From: Flectonema sp. DT1601
Taxonomy: Eukaryota
Assembly (NCBI GenBank): GCA_964019425.1
Contig: OZ025782.1
Coordinates: 1,178,001 to 1,242,000, forward strand
Reading direction: 5' to 3'
Length of the DNA stretch: 64,000 nt
The notes below the pieces were generated by a model. The model was not told the origin of the DNA. It did not search any database and saw nothing but the letters and a program-made list of their open reading frames with translations. A program made the position numbers and the translations under genes. This document shows positions 45,257 through 55,422 of the stretch, piece after piece (the first letter of the stretch is position 1; every line of letters starts with the position of its first letter).

Positions 45257-47530
45257 TCAAAGTACCACTCGAGGTTCAATTGTAGAACAAGGTACGAAAT
45301 CTTCTAATTCCCATCGCACGTCATCATATAAATTAGCAGCAATACATCTTTTATTAAACTGACGACCATCAATATGGATAAGTGCTTGAGCCGCACCTTG
45401 AGGTGATCGAAATTTAACAAAAACTCGAACCTGTTCGGCGAGATCTTCAGCTGTCCCTGAAGCAGTTGGAGTAATGTGAATCCGACAGCCTTCTACTAAT
45501 CCGAATGTTGACATTTCAGTTACAATATCCGGAACAAACGAATCATCAATATCACTTGGTGATGCCATGTTCCGTAGTAGTAATGTAGTCGAGAGGAGTG
45601 CTGGTATCGTGAAATCGTTGCTGTCAAATGCCGTGACGCTGTAAAACGACGCAAATACAGTTCGGCCTCCAAACTGCCTTCCGTGCATCACCGTGTAAAC
45701 CTTTGCTGCTTGGCATGGCAGACGAAATTTTATAAAAATTGAAACCGCTTCTTCATCAGAAATGATAGTAAGAGATTGCCATTTCTTTCTTTCATGAATG
45801 ATTAAATCAACAACAGAGTTGGCACCAGATATTCTCTCAGCTTCAGTCCAAATGTCTTCCTTGAGATCAGCGTCTACCTCACCACTCTTAACGGCATTAC
45901 ACAACACTAGAACTTCTGAAGGTTTCCTTGAGCATGCGATCATTCCTTCTTCTTCAATATCAATTTCATCATCATCGTCTTTGATAGTTGATGAGGTAGT
46001 CTTTGCTTGTTTTGATTTTTGAGTTTCAGCAACTCCAACTTTCCTCCAGCTGTGTATTGATTTCTCTGTAGTTTTTCGTTTAGAAGTTGTTTTTGTTTTC
46101 ACTGATATCATTCCATACAACTCTTGAGGAATAGATTGATCGCACTGTTGGAGGTAGTTAACTAATTCAGCTGCCAGCGATAAGTTCGATAAAGTGAAAA
46201 ATGATGTCGACTGCCCCTTCTTTGATAATCTACCACATCTACCAATCCTGTGAATGTATTCTTCCAGAGACTGTGGGAAGTCATAATTTAAAATATGAGA
46301 CACATCAGGGATGTGAATACCACGAGCTAATATACTTGTAGCAATGAGAACACACTTTGATGAGACGTGTTCCTTATAATGACTAAGCATGCTTTCTCTA
46401 CTTTGTTGATCCATTCCACCATGAATTGATAAAACAGGAATTGAATCGTTCAAAATAGTTTTAGTGTAGCGAACGACATCATCAACTCGTTTTTGTGTCG
46501 CACAGAACACTAGTAATTTTGAATGAGAATCGGTGATGTTTTTTGAAATTATGAAATTATTAATAAATTTAACCAAAAGAGATCTTCGTTCATCTTCACC
46601 ATTAAAGACTACAACAGATTGAGACGTACTGGTTGAAATACTGCAAACAGATGACGTAATTCCGATATCTGATTTACTGTTACTACTACCCGACGTCACC
46701 GCAAGTAATGGAAGACCACTCGAGTGAGTGCTAACTGCCAAGTCAAGAACTTCCTTTGGGAATGTTGCCGTCAATAAAACAGTTTGAATATCAGTTCTGA
46801 CATAACTTTTTATCTTTTCTATATAAGGTCCAAATCCAAGACTTAATAATTTATCAGCCTCGTCCAATATTAAAAATGTAACTCGTAAAGTAGATATCAC
46901 TTCAGAAGTTATTAAGTCAATAAGCCTTCCTGGAGTAGCAACCAAGAATTCTATTCTGTGGCATTGCTTTATCTGATCTGCCTTACGAACACCACCGTAG
47001 ATGCAATATGCTCGAATTCTGCAAGTCTCAGCGAACTTTACCGCTTCAGAATAGATTTGAATCGCTAATTCTCTTGTGGGTGGGATTGCTAAGGCTATTG
47101 GACCGTCGTTCTTTTCGAGAAGTGGTTGGTTTATAATATGAATTATTGCTGGAAGGATATATGTAAGAGTCTTGCCTGATCCAGTCTCCGCAACGACAAT
47201 CGAATCAAATCCAGACAATAGTAAAGGCAACGCTTGAGACTGAATCGACGTCCAATTTATAATCCCTAACTCCTCACATTTATCAATCAAGAAACCTGGA
47301 AGCTTAGTTTCATCAAATGACGTTATTGGTTTTGGTATTTTAAGTGGCTCACCTGTTAACTGTGTTACAGTTATGCCTGTTTTAGATTTCCATTCCTCAA
47401 CTTCTTGTTCTGTCCTGTTACTGACTTCTTCACTCTCTTCGTATAAGCTTCTTTCAAATTGAATTAATTTTAAATTTTCCCAATCGGGTATTGATAATTT
47501 TAATTCCAACAACTGCTCGTAGTCTCCCAT
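45257..47530 (-). CDS. DEAD-box RNA helicase (DDX5/Dbp2/Prp5-like core) fused to two SPF45/Puf60-type UHM domains
   Basis: AETGSGKT, PTRELAIQ, ATPGRL, LDEAD, TAT, ARGIHI, HRIGRCGR; then VLVLCNAV...IFIKF...MHGRQFGGRTV and LLLRNM...VRVFVKF...IDGRQFNKRCI. Confidence 0.9.
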   Translation of the reverse strand: MGDYEQLLELKLSIPDWENLKLIQFERSLYEESEEVSNRTEQEVEEWKSKTGITVTQLTGEPLKIPKPITSFDETKLPGFLIDKCEELGIINWTSIQSQALPLLLSGFDSIVVAETGSGKTLTYILPAIIHIINQPLLEKNDGPIALAIPPTRELAIQIYSEAVKFAETCRIRAYCIYGGVRKADQIKQCHRIEFLVATPGRLIDLITSEVISTLRVTFLILDEADKLLSLGFGPYIEKIKSYVRTDIQTVLLTATFPKEVLDLAVSTHSSGLPLLAVTSGSSNSKSDIGITSSVCSISTSTSQSVVVFNGEDERRSLLVKFINNFIISKNITDSHSKLLVFCATQKRVDDVVRYTKTILNDSIPVLSIHGGMDQQSRESMLSHYKEHVSSKCVLIATSILARGIHIPDVSHILNYDFPQSLEEYIHRIGRCGRLSKKGQSTSFFTLSNLSLAAELVNYLQQCDQSIPQELYGMISVKTKTTSKRKTTEKSIHSWRKVGVAETQKSKQAKTTSSTIKDDDDEIDIEEEGMIACSRKPSEVLVLCNAVKSGEVDADLKEDIWTEAERISGANSVVDLIIHERKKWQSLTIISDEEAVSIFIKFRLPCQAAKVYTVMHGRQFGGRTVFASFYSVTAFDSNDFTIPALLSTTLLLRNMASPSDIDDSFVPDIVTEMSTFGLVEGCRIHITPTASGTAEDLAEQVRVFVKFRSPQGAAQALIHIDGRQFNKRCIAANLYDDVRWELEDFVPCSTIEPRVVL

Positions 47531-48628
47531 TTTATTGAAGTCGGGAGAGGGAAGGCTGTCGAAGAGAGAATTATATATTATTTCATACCGAGTAGATGTT
47601 TTCTACCAACTCCCCTTCTCTGATACATATTTTCAAAAATCTGAGAATTGAATAAAAACAACATTACAACGACCATCACCAGAATACTAAGACAACTAAA
47701 ATGCTTATCCTTCTAAACGTAAACGCCAGCAGCAAGCTGGGAAAGGTTTTGACAAAGAGGGGTAAGAATCCATCAAGGGTGGTATGTAACAAATGTCTGT
47801 GGGAGAGTGTCGACAAGGGGAAGGGGCGATGCTTGCTTCCAAACTGTAGAAGCCGAAGGTCACGCAGTAGGAAAAGAGAGAATAATGAGAGACGTCAATT
47901 CCCTTGCAGTACTTTTACAAGAAAGAAGCTGAAAGGGAGTGAGAGTGAAGATTGAAATAATTTTTTACACAATTTTTTTTTTTTTTTTTTCCCCCAATAA
48001 GTCACCCTTTTATTCATCCACAATCTCCTTATTTTTAATAATAAATATAATAGAAAACAAAAAAAAAAAAGCAAGGAGGAATATAACCAAAACCAGAAAA
48101 TAATAAAAAAAAGTTTCAAAAACAAAAAATTGCTTAAGATCCTCACACTGGCAGATAGGCAACTGTATTGCAGGAAACATTCAGAGCGAGTTGTTGTGCA
48201 AACCGTAATTATGCAAAGAACTCCAATCAAATAGAAAGAGCCAATACAGAAAACGTCGAATTAAAATACGAAAAAATAACAATGAGGGTAAATGGCACAA
48301 CGTTACCAACAAAAGGTAGTTATCAGAGACCAGAATTGCAACGACGTGATCAACGAAAGTAGCTGACCACAAAAAGAAGGTGCGTTTTCTTCTCGGAGAA
48401 CGGCTTCCTAAAAGGTTGCCAAAAAAAAAAAAAAAAAAAAAAAAAACCGTTGTCAGAAATAAATAATATCCGACAACGTTCACGATGCTATGGTACAAAC
48501 CGAATCACTAGACCGAAACACCAATAAGACGCAACGCAATTCAAAGCAATTCAAAATAGTTTTCCAACACATTTTGAGATTGAACAATAACCGTGGAGTG
48601 GTTCTCGTCAACACCCCATAGTAGTATA

Positions 48629-50050
48629 TTATAATAAACTCGGAGCCGCAAAGCTCGAAGCACATTGATATGTCTGTGCTACAACACGCGTCTTACTTTC
48701 TCCATCCTTTCTCCGAGTCATAGAAATTAGTAGCTGCTGAGACTCACGATGAGCCGATAAGAAGTCCATTGTGACTTCTTCTCCTTCAGAGTCAGACTGC
48801 TCATCAGAATCTGTATCGTTATTGAATTTAATGTGTTGTTTCATTGATGGGGTAGTCGGGTCGAGAGTAGACAGAAGTTGACCAAACTTAGTGAAAATAC
48901 AAAGTATTCCATGACCATGAATCTGTTGTGGTGTTGGTGGAACAGTTGCCGTGACAGGAGTTGTCGACGTTCTATTAAAGAAAGTAATGATTACCGATTG
49001 CGTATCACAGAGATGACACTTATCCTTATCAAGTGTTAGAGTGAATGGCTGTACTGAACCATAAGGGGCTGGAACTCCTCTTGTCGCGAGGATTTCGGTT
49101 GAAACTGAATTCAGAGCGATGTCCCATTTTACTACTTCAAAACACTGATCTTTTGGTTTTGGTCTGTTCAGCAGTCTGTCTGACCAACGATGCCATGCTC
49201 CAGGTATAGTCCTGCCTCCTTTCGGTTGAATAAAATACGCAACATTGCTACCATCAACTCCAATTACTCGAACGTCTTTCTGTGAACTGTCGTTCACAAA
49301 AAGTTTGTTTTGGTTTCGAACTTGATGTGCTGTCTGAATGTTTATCGCAACTGCTTCTGCTTCACTTCCAGTGTAGCCCTTTAAAACGATGTATTTTCCA
49401 GTTATTAAACAAGAGCGTACTCGACGAAGTGTACAAGACCAGACTGTACACTCACCGGTTGATAAAGTATACATATTTATATCTGAACTTACATCATCAT
49501 GTCCGGGTCTCATTTTACAAACGAGCTTAGCAGGTGTATCTGGTGATGTGCTCAATGATAAAATGTTAGTAAACTTAACTCCTCTAGCTGTCTGTGCTTC
49601 TGTTGGTTTAAGTTTGTGTTTAATAAGACCAGTTGCGAGTGAATAGACTTCTATTAAGTGAGTTGCTAGTACTAACAACATATCATTATGCATGACGCAG
49701 TATAAGACTCTTCTTAGGGTCATTAAATCAGTTTTTCGATTGTTCTGCTGAGTATCTCCCAAAGGATTCAATTTAGTCTTTGAAAGAGTCATCCTGGAGT
49801 CTGTGAATGGTAAATTCTCTCTTGTCAAAGTAAAACAATCATCACCAACTAAATGATAAAGTGTTTTTCCAGGTGGTGGTGCGTCAGGTAGGTACAAACA
49901 CCGTCCCATTCGTCTCCATGCGAGATATCTTTGAAAAACATATTTTGACATCTCCTGCCATTTCGTACTCACGAGTGACAAAGTACCATGCTTCTGTGGA
50001 GGTAAGTACGGAAATACATTAAGCAGAATTTCAGCGATGAGAGCAGGCAT
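48629..50050 (-). CDS. F-box protein with probable beta-propeller-like C-terminus
   Basis: LIAEILLNVFPYLPPQKHGTLSLVSTKWQEM is an F-box pattern. Confidence 0.72.
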   Translation of the reverse strand: MPALIAEILLNVFPYLPPQKHGTLSLVSTKWQEMSKYVFQRYLAWRRMGRCLYLPDAPPPGKTLYHLVGDDCFTLTRENLPFTDSRMTLSKTKLNPLGDTQQNNRKTDLMTLRRVLYCVMHNDMLLVLATHLIEVYSLATGLIKHKLKPTEAQTARGVKFTNILSLSTSPDTPAKLVCKMRPGHDDVSSDINMYTLSTGECTVWSCTLRRVRSCLITGKYIVLKGYTGSEAEAVAINIQTAHQVRNQNKLFVNDSSQKDVRVIGVDGSNVAYFIQPKGGRTIPGAWHRWSDRLLNRPKPKDQCFEVVKWDIALNSVSTEILATRGVPAPYGSVQPFTLTLDKDKCHLCDTQSVIITFFNRTSTTPVTATVPPTPQQIHGHGILCIFTKFGQLLSTLDPTTPSMKQHIKFNNDTDSDEQSDSEGEEVTMDFLSAHRESQQLLISMTRRKDGESKTRVVAQTYQCASSFAAPSLL

Positions 50051-50836
50051 TTAGGGGTGTTGTGTATTCCTACTCAAAAGAATAATAATAATAAATAACG
50101 CAAGTAAATAAGCCGCTTCTTTTGTTTAAAATATCTAACACCTCCGACATCTGGTGTGAATACACTTCAACGAGTCAAAAAATAGACTCAGGTCGCCCCA
50201 GCTTTAAAAAGCCCGTGCAACTCTACATAATATGCCTTAATAGCATGCTTCCCATAACGACATCGCGTTATCATAGAGAGAGAGAGAGGAAGAGAGGTGT
50301 CAATAGTGACAGCTACATAAACCGTTTTAAAAGTTATATACAGCAAGCAAATTGAAAAGACGATCACATAGGCAATGAATCCCATATTGATGCAAAAATA
50401 TGAAAAGAATATTCGGATTTTTTTTATGTTTTTGCAAATAAAAAAAAAAAAAAAAAAAATGAAAATAAAAATAAAAAAAGGAGAGATTGATTGAAGTAAT
50501 CAATTGTGCAGATTCATTTTATTCTATTCAAAAAAATTAAAAAAAAACTTTTCCATCGGATTGGAGGGAAAATAATAATAAAAAAAGAGAGAAAAGACAC
50601 AAAACTATACTTGGCTCTGTGCTACACTTATCTGAAAGACTTCAGTACAGAAAGTGGATACAAATTGTGATCAATTTGGGAATAAATTTATCATAATTTT
50701 AAAAAAAAATAAGAAAGTACAAGAAAAAGGTTCCAATATACCACAGCGAATGTGAAAAATAAACATCAAAAAATAATAATAATAAGTTATAACAAAATTA
50801 ATTCCACTCAGAAATCGACTATACAAACAACGGTAG

Positions 50837-51298
50837 TTAAAGCCTTCGGTAGACCTCGCTTTGCGACTCAGAATTCGGTTCCGTAGATTGCTTAAAAATA
50901 TTACTTACCATGGTAACACCACACAGCAATAAAGCCAACGCAGCTAGTAATATAACTGGTAACTCCCAAGGGCTTTTGTGTGAACGAGGGGGAAGTACAG
51001 CTTCAGTACAACCGACGTTCTTATTGTTGCAGCACCATTCGTTGTGTTCACCTGACCATAGTTCTGAAGTTCCTAAAGAACAGTCGTAAGCTGATTGATG
51101 GATGTGAATCTCATTAAGTTCATGTTCTTCTCTTCCATGATGATGAAGTCCTTCAAATAGTTCTCCGCATCCAATTTGTCTTTCTCTACAACACCATGAA
51201 ATCTTTGATGTTGACCAACCCTCCCCTACTGAATTACAATCATACTGAGCTGCGGACAATCCGACTAAAGTCATTGCAGCTAATAATCGCGCAGTCAT
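50837..51298 (-). CDS. Small type-I membrane protein with two YDC-x-WS-x-WCC-x-GC repeats
   Basis: Signal peptide; YDCNSVGEGWSTSKISWCCRERQIGC and YDCSLGTSELWSGEHNEWCCNNKNVGC; C-terminal TM helix. Confidence 0.72.
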   Translation of the reverse strand: MTARLLAAMTLVGLSAAQYDCNSVGEGWSTSKISWCCRERQIGCGELFEGLHHHGREEHELNEIHIHQSAYDCSLGTSELWSGEHNEWCCNNKNVGCTEAVLPPRSHKSPWELPVILLAALALLLCGVTMVSNIFKQSTEPNSESQSEVYRRL

Positions 51299-51490
51299 CT
51301 TTTTTTTTTGGACTGGAAGAAGAAAGCAACTAAAAAAAAAATTTTTTTTTTTTACTAAAAAAACACGTTGAAGAACGACTACCGCAGAAGCAGAGCGTTA
51401 AAAGTGTAAATAACAAATCAAAAAACAATTAACCAAAGACATAAATAATTGATAATTAATAAAGCATAAATAGCACTCCAATACAAACAC

Positions 51491-52603
51491 TTATCGAGGT
51501 TTTGTAATTGAAGTGGTTAAAGGAAGCAGCTCGTGACTACAACGAAGCTGCATCTGATGATCGAGAAATTGCTTTCGTCGAAGTTGTCGTTCAACATGCT
51601 GTCTCCGTTTATGTGCTTCAATATTGCTGAAAGCAGCAAAGCTCTCTTTCTCTTCAGCCAACAGAGAGAGTTTATTCAGACGTTCGTTGTGGATTTGAGT
51701 TTTCTTCTCTTCTATTTGATCTTCGAGTGCTATCTTTGTTGAGATGCGAGCAGCAGAAGCAGCGCGTACTTTTTCTTCCTGTTTTGCTTCCTCCAGGTTA
51801 TTTATAACAGTTCGCTGTCTTGCAGCCTTCTCATCATCGAGTGCTGCCAAGTGATTGAAAGAAAGAATATTGCTTTCCTTAAGCAGTCTGCTGATGTTCT
51901 GTTGGATACGATTCTCAACACTCAAAACCTTCGCTCGTCTGGCAGTTTGTTGACGGTCACGTTGTTCTTCAAAATGACTGTTTGTGAACACACGATCTCG
52001 TACTACTTGTGCTTCTTTTTCTTGCTGTCTTGCCTTCTCTTTTTGTAAGTTATCCGCCGCAAGTAGAATTGACTGCTGCCGAAGGTGCTGCCTGCGATCT
52101 AATTTCGCCTGTTTCAGTTTCTTATTCTCACTTTTCATGTAATTCTTGTACTGCTTCGCTTCTTCTTTTTCTTTTAAGATCGCTTCTTCCTTGATTTGTT
52201 TCCTCAGTTTTACTTGTTGTTCACGAATACGTTGTTCTTCAAGAGCTTCTTGTCGTCGCTTTTCCCTCTTTGCAGATTCGCAATAAATATGTTGTTGGAT
52301 GGCGATTCGAATATCTTCAGATTCTTGTTTAAGATCATCCTTCTGTTTCTGTCTGACAGCTTCATTTTCACGGATTTGTTTCTGCAAGTGGAAGCGTTGC
52401 TCTTCTCGTTTCCTTCTTAGTGATGCCATATGATTATTTTTTTCTTCAACAGCAGCAACTCTATCAGCTGCAGCTTTAGCACTCCACTCAGAGTCTACTT
52501 GCAGAAGTCTATTTCTACGCATTCTCCTACCGCATAGGTCTAAAACACTGCAAGGCAAGACAGAGACATTAGAAACTGACTCAGCGGTCGGTTGCACTAT
52601 CAT
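51491..52603 (-). CDS. Charged coiled-coil protein (trichohyalin-plectin-homology-like, possibly axonemal)
   Basis: R/E/K/Q-rich ORF with LQKQI, LEDQIEEK, LDHQMQ motifs. Confidence 0.7.
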   Translation of the reverse strand: MIVQPTAESVSNVSVLPCSVLDLCGRRMRRNRLLQVDSEWSAKAAADRVAAVEEKNNHMASLRRKREEQRFHLQKQIRENEAVRQKQKDDLKQESEDIRIAIQQHIYCESAKREKRRQEALEEQRIREQQVKLRKQIKEEAILKEKEEAKQYKNYMKSENKKLKQAKLDRRQHLRQQSILLAADNLQKEKARQQEKEAQVVRDRVFTNSHFEEQRDRQQTARRAKVLSVENRIQQNISRLLKESNILSFNHLAALDDEKAARQRTVINNLEEAKQEEKVRAASAARISTKIALEDQIEEKKTQIHNERLNKLSLLAEEKESFAAFSNIEAHKRRQHVERQLRRKQFLDHQMQLRCSHELLPLTTSITKPR

Positions 52604-52980
52604 TGAACTCTTTTAATTTGAAAGGAAAATAATAATTATCTATTAAGGTCACTTGAGGTGGTTAACTTTTAAAAATATTTTTGAACACTTTTTTTTTTTC
52701 TTTCTTTCCTTTTTTAATTTTTTTGTTGTTGTTCTTGGGGCTAGCAGGTGAAATTTTACATCACTTTTTTTTTTCCCTTTTTTTCTTTTTTTTCCTCCTG
52801 TTGTTTGTTATTTAATTTCCATAATAACACGTCCTTGTAGGAATTTGCATGACTCCCGTCTTAAAGAGCGCAATCATTGCAAACGGTTAGTGCTGTTCAT
52901 TGCAGCTGACAAGCTGAATGTCATTGCACTGTCTGGTGTGTCGTTGAGCTTGTGTGATTCTAACGTATCGCACTCTTCGA

Positions 52981-53723
52981 CTAGTTCTGTGTTGATATTT
53001 ATTTTTATGTAATCATAATAGAGGATCAGAATAGATAAAAGGGAAATCTTAATAAAAGCATACCTGCATGGCTTGGTGTCGCTTCATCATTTCCTGAACC
53101 ATTGGGTTTTCAGGTGATTTCTGCCACAACTTGAAACACATTTCTTTCAATTGACTGTGTTTGAGTCCAGGATTGTCGGCCTTTAATTGCGGGATAGTCT
53201 TTTCTTCAAATGCAAGATGAGCTTGTTTTCTACGACGTTCTGGGTGAGCGTCTTCCTTTTCATCCTTTGCGAAGTTTACTCTTTCAAGCTGCTCTACGGC
53301 AGACTTCAAATCAGAAGCATCGACATCCTTCTCAACCTTATTACTTGTGTGTTTTAATAAATTGTTTTGTTGCTCAACTGATACAACATCAGTTGAAGCT
53401 GCCTTTGGTTTTGGTTTGTTCTTCGCCATCTCCTTCTCAATCTGAGCTCTAGTCATCTTGTCAGGCTTCTTCGATTTCATGCTGGCTTCTTCTTCTCTCT
53501 CAAGCGCCTTTTTCTCTTCAGCACGTGCTGCCTTGGCTCTGGCCTTCTCTGCATCATTATCCTTCTTGTTGGCTTTTTTGTTTCCCTTTTTATCTCCAGA
53601 GTCTGCCCAATAAGCATCATCAGCCGCCTTTGAGGCAGCGTCGTCTTTCGCATTCTTCGCAGCGCTTTTGCGAGACATCGCCTCAACGGCGTGCTTGTTC
53701 ATTGGGACTTTCTTCCCACCCAT
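52981..53723 (-). CDS. CCDC124: CCDC124/Oxs1-like protein; terminal intron 52987-53063
   Basis: MGGKK...DDAYW; HPERRRKQAHLAFEEKTIPQLKADNPGLKHSQLKEMCFKLWQKSPENPM; splice gives ...MQN-stop. Confidence 0.85.
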
Positions 53724-54347
53724 TGTTTTTGCAAAGTTTTATAAATTCACTGTGAAAAGATACTTACAATATTCACAAAATTATTTATTTTATACTTCAC
53801 ATCGTCTCATTCATGATAAATAGCATTGATGTGACCTGACTACTGAAGAAACATAAATAGAGGATATACCAGGTACTATCAGCACGCTCGTTAGGGGAGT
53901 AGTCAATAAGAAACAATATTCAGGAACAGGAAGGGACCGACCGAAAATGAAGGATATGTACAAAAGAAAAGTCACAAATAGATTAATATCTGTGACTTGT
54001 GAACCGAAACTTCAGAAGAAGTTGGCAAGTGGAACGCAAATTTAAACCAAACTGCTACAATTAGAATCTTAAAGATACCAATTTTCCACTTGTACAGCTC
54101 CAATTTAATAAAGCAAAAGAAAAAAGCAGGCAATCACTTTTAACAAAAAAGATTTACAAAAAAAAAAAAGAAAAAAAAAGGGGAAAAAAGGAAAATGGAA
54201 AGTTTTTTCCTTACACGTAGCGAACATAACTTTTTTGAATAATAAGAGGGGGATAAATAAATAAAATAATTCTAATAAAAATAAAAATAAAAGACAGACT
54301 AAACCAAATAAGGCCACTTCCTTCTATTGATGTCTAATATTTTTGTA

Positions 54348-55241
54348 TTAGTTTGATACAACTCGAAGGGCGTCCTGAACTTGATTTACGATTTGATCCA
54401 TTGTTTGAACGAGTTGTTCTTCCTGTTGTTCTCTTTCGTCGTGTTCGAAACGTACAGCGGCCTTTAGTTGTTCGATATCACCCAAGACGAGAGATTTAAA
54501 CTTCTCATCGTGTTTATCACGGTCCTGAGAAAGTTTTGAAATAGCAGCGCGAAGTCCCTCCATTCCAACTTCTCTCGCATGTCTCTCAACTTCCAGTTTT
54601 TCTTGTATGCTATAGATACCTTCAGCACTCTTACGCAATTGCTGCGCTTCTTTTTCAGTGCGTTGAACCTTTTCTTGCTCTAACGAGTTTCTAATTGTTT
54701 GTAGGTTTTGCTGCACATCATAAGACACTTTCTGAACAAGTTGTGTGTTCTTCTCCCGTTCGTTAACTAATTCTTTTTCTAACGAAACGATCTTCTTGGT
54801 TAGTAGATCAATATTCATTTGCATCTGTAGAGACTTATCAGAAAACTTCTTCTCCATCACATCTTGCATTTCCTTCATTTTAGCTTCAAACATGTTTTGA
54901 AGGACCTTATCGCTGTCAGCGCGTCTCTTTACTTCTAATGCGAGGTGTTTTTCAATTTTGTTTGTAAGCTCTCTAACTTCGAATATTCTATTTTCCTCAT
55001 ACTCTCTCTTGGAGTGTACATCTGCTCTGAGAGTGTCTCCAAGTGAGTTCAGATTGCTTTTGACTTTTGCGAGCCTTTCTGTCGAGGGAGACATCTGTTT
55101 TTTTTTTTTTTTGGTTTTTCTGAATGTCACTTCAGCGAAAGTGATCACTGAGTCAACTTAAGAATAACATACCGTGTTCGCTGCTGTTGGGATGAGGTGT
55201 CCCGGAGTGGCTGGGGGCAACGTGAGTGATCCGTGTCTCAT
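54348..55241 (-). CDS. SF-assemblin/beta-giardin family protein, 2 exons (55241-55173, 55094-54348), 271 aa
   Basis: LALEVKRRADSDKVLQ, EQEKVQRTEKE, EHDEREQQEEQLVQ...QDALRVVS; 78-nt GTATGT...ACAG intron. Confidence 0.8.
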
Positions 55242-55422
55242 GTTAGTGTTGTTGTTGTAGTTGTTAAGTGCAGCCTAATTAAACAAAAAAAATAAATAAA
55301 CAACGAAAAACACCACCGTTAACTTAAATCATTAGCACAAAAATGAAATGTGTAAAAAAGTTTTGAATTGAAGCTGAAAAGCAACATTTTTTTTTTTCTT
55401 TTTTTTTCATGTGCATTTTTTT

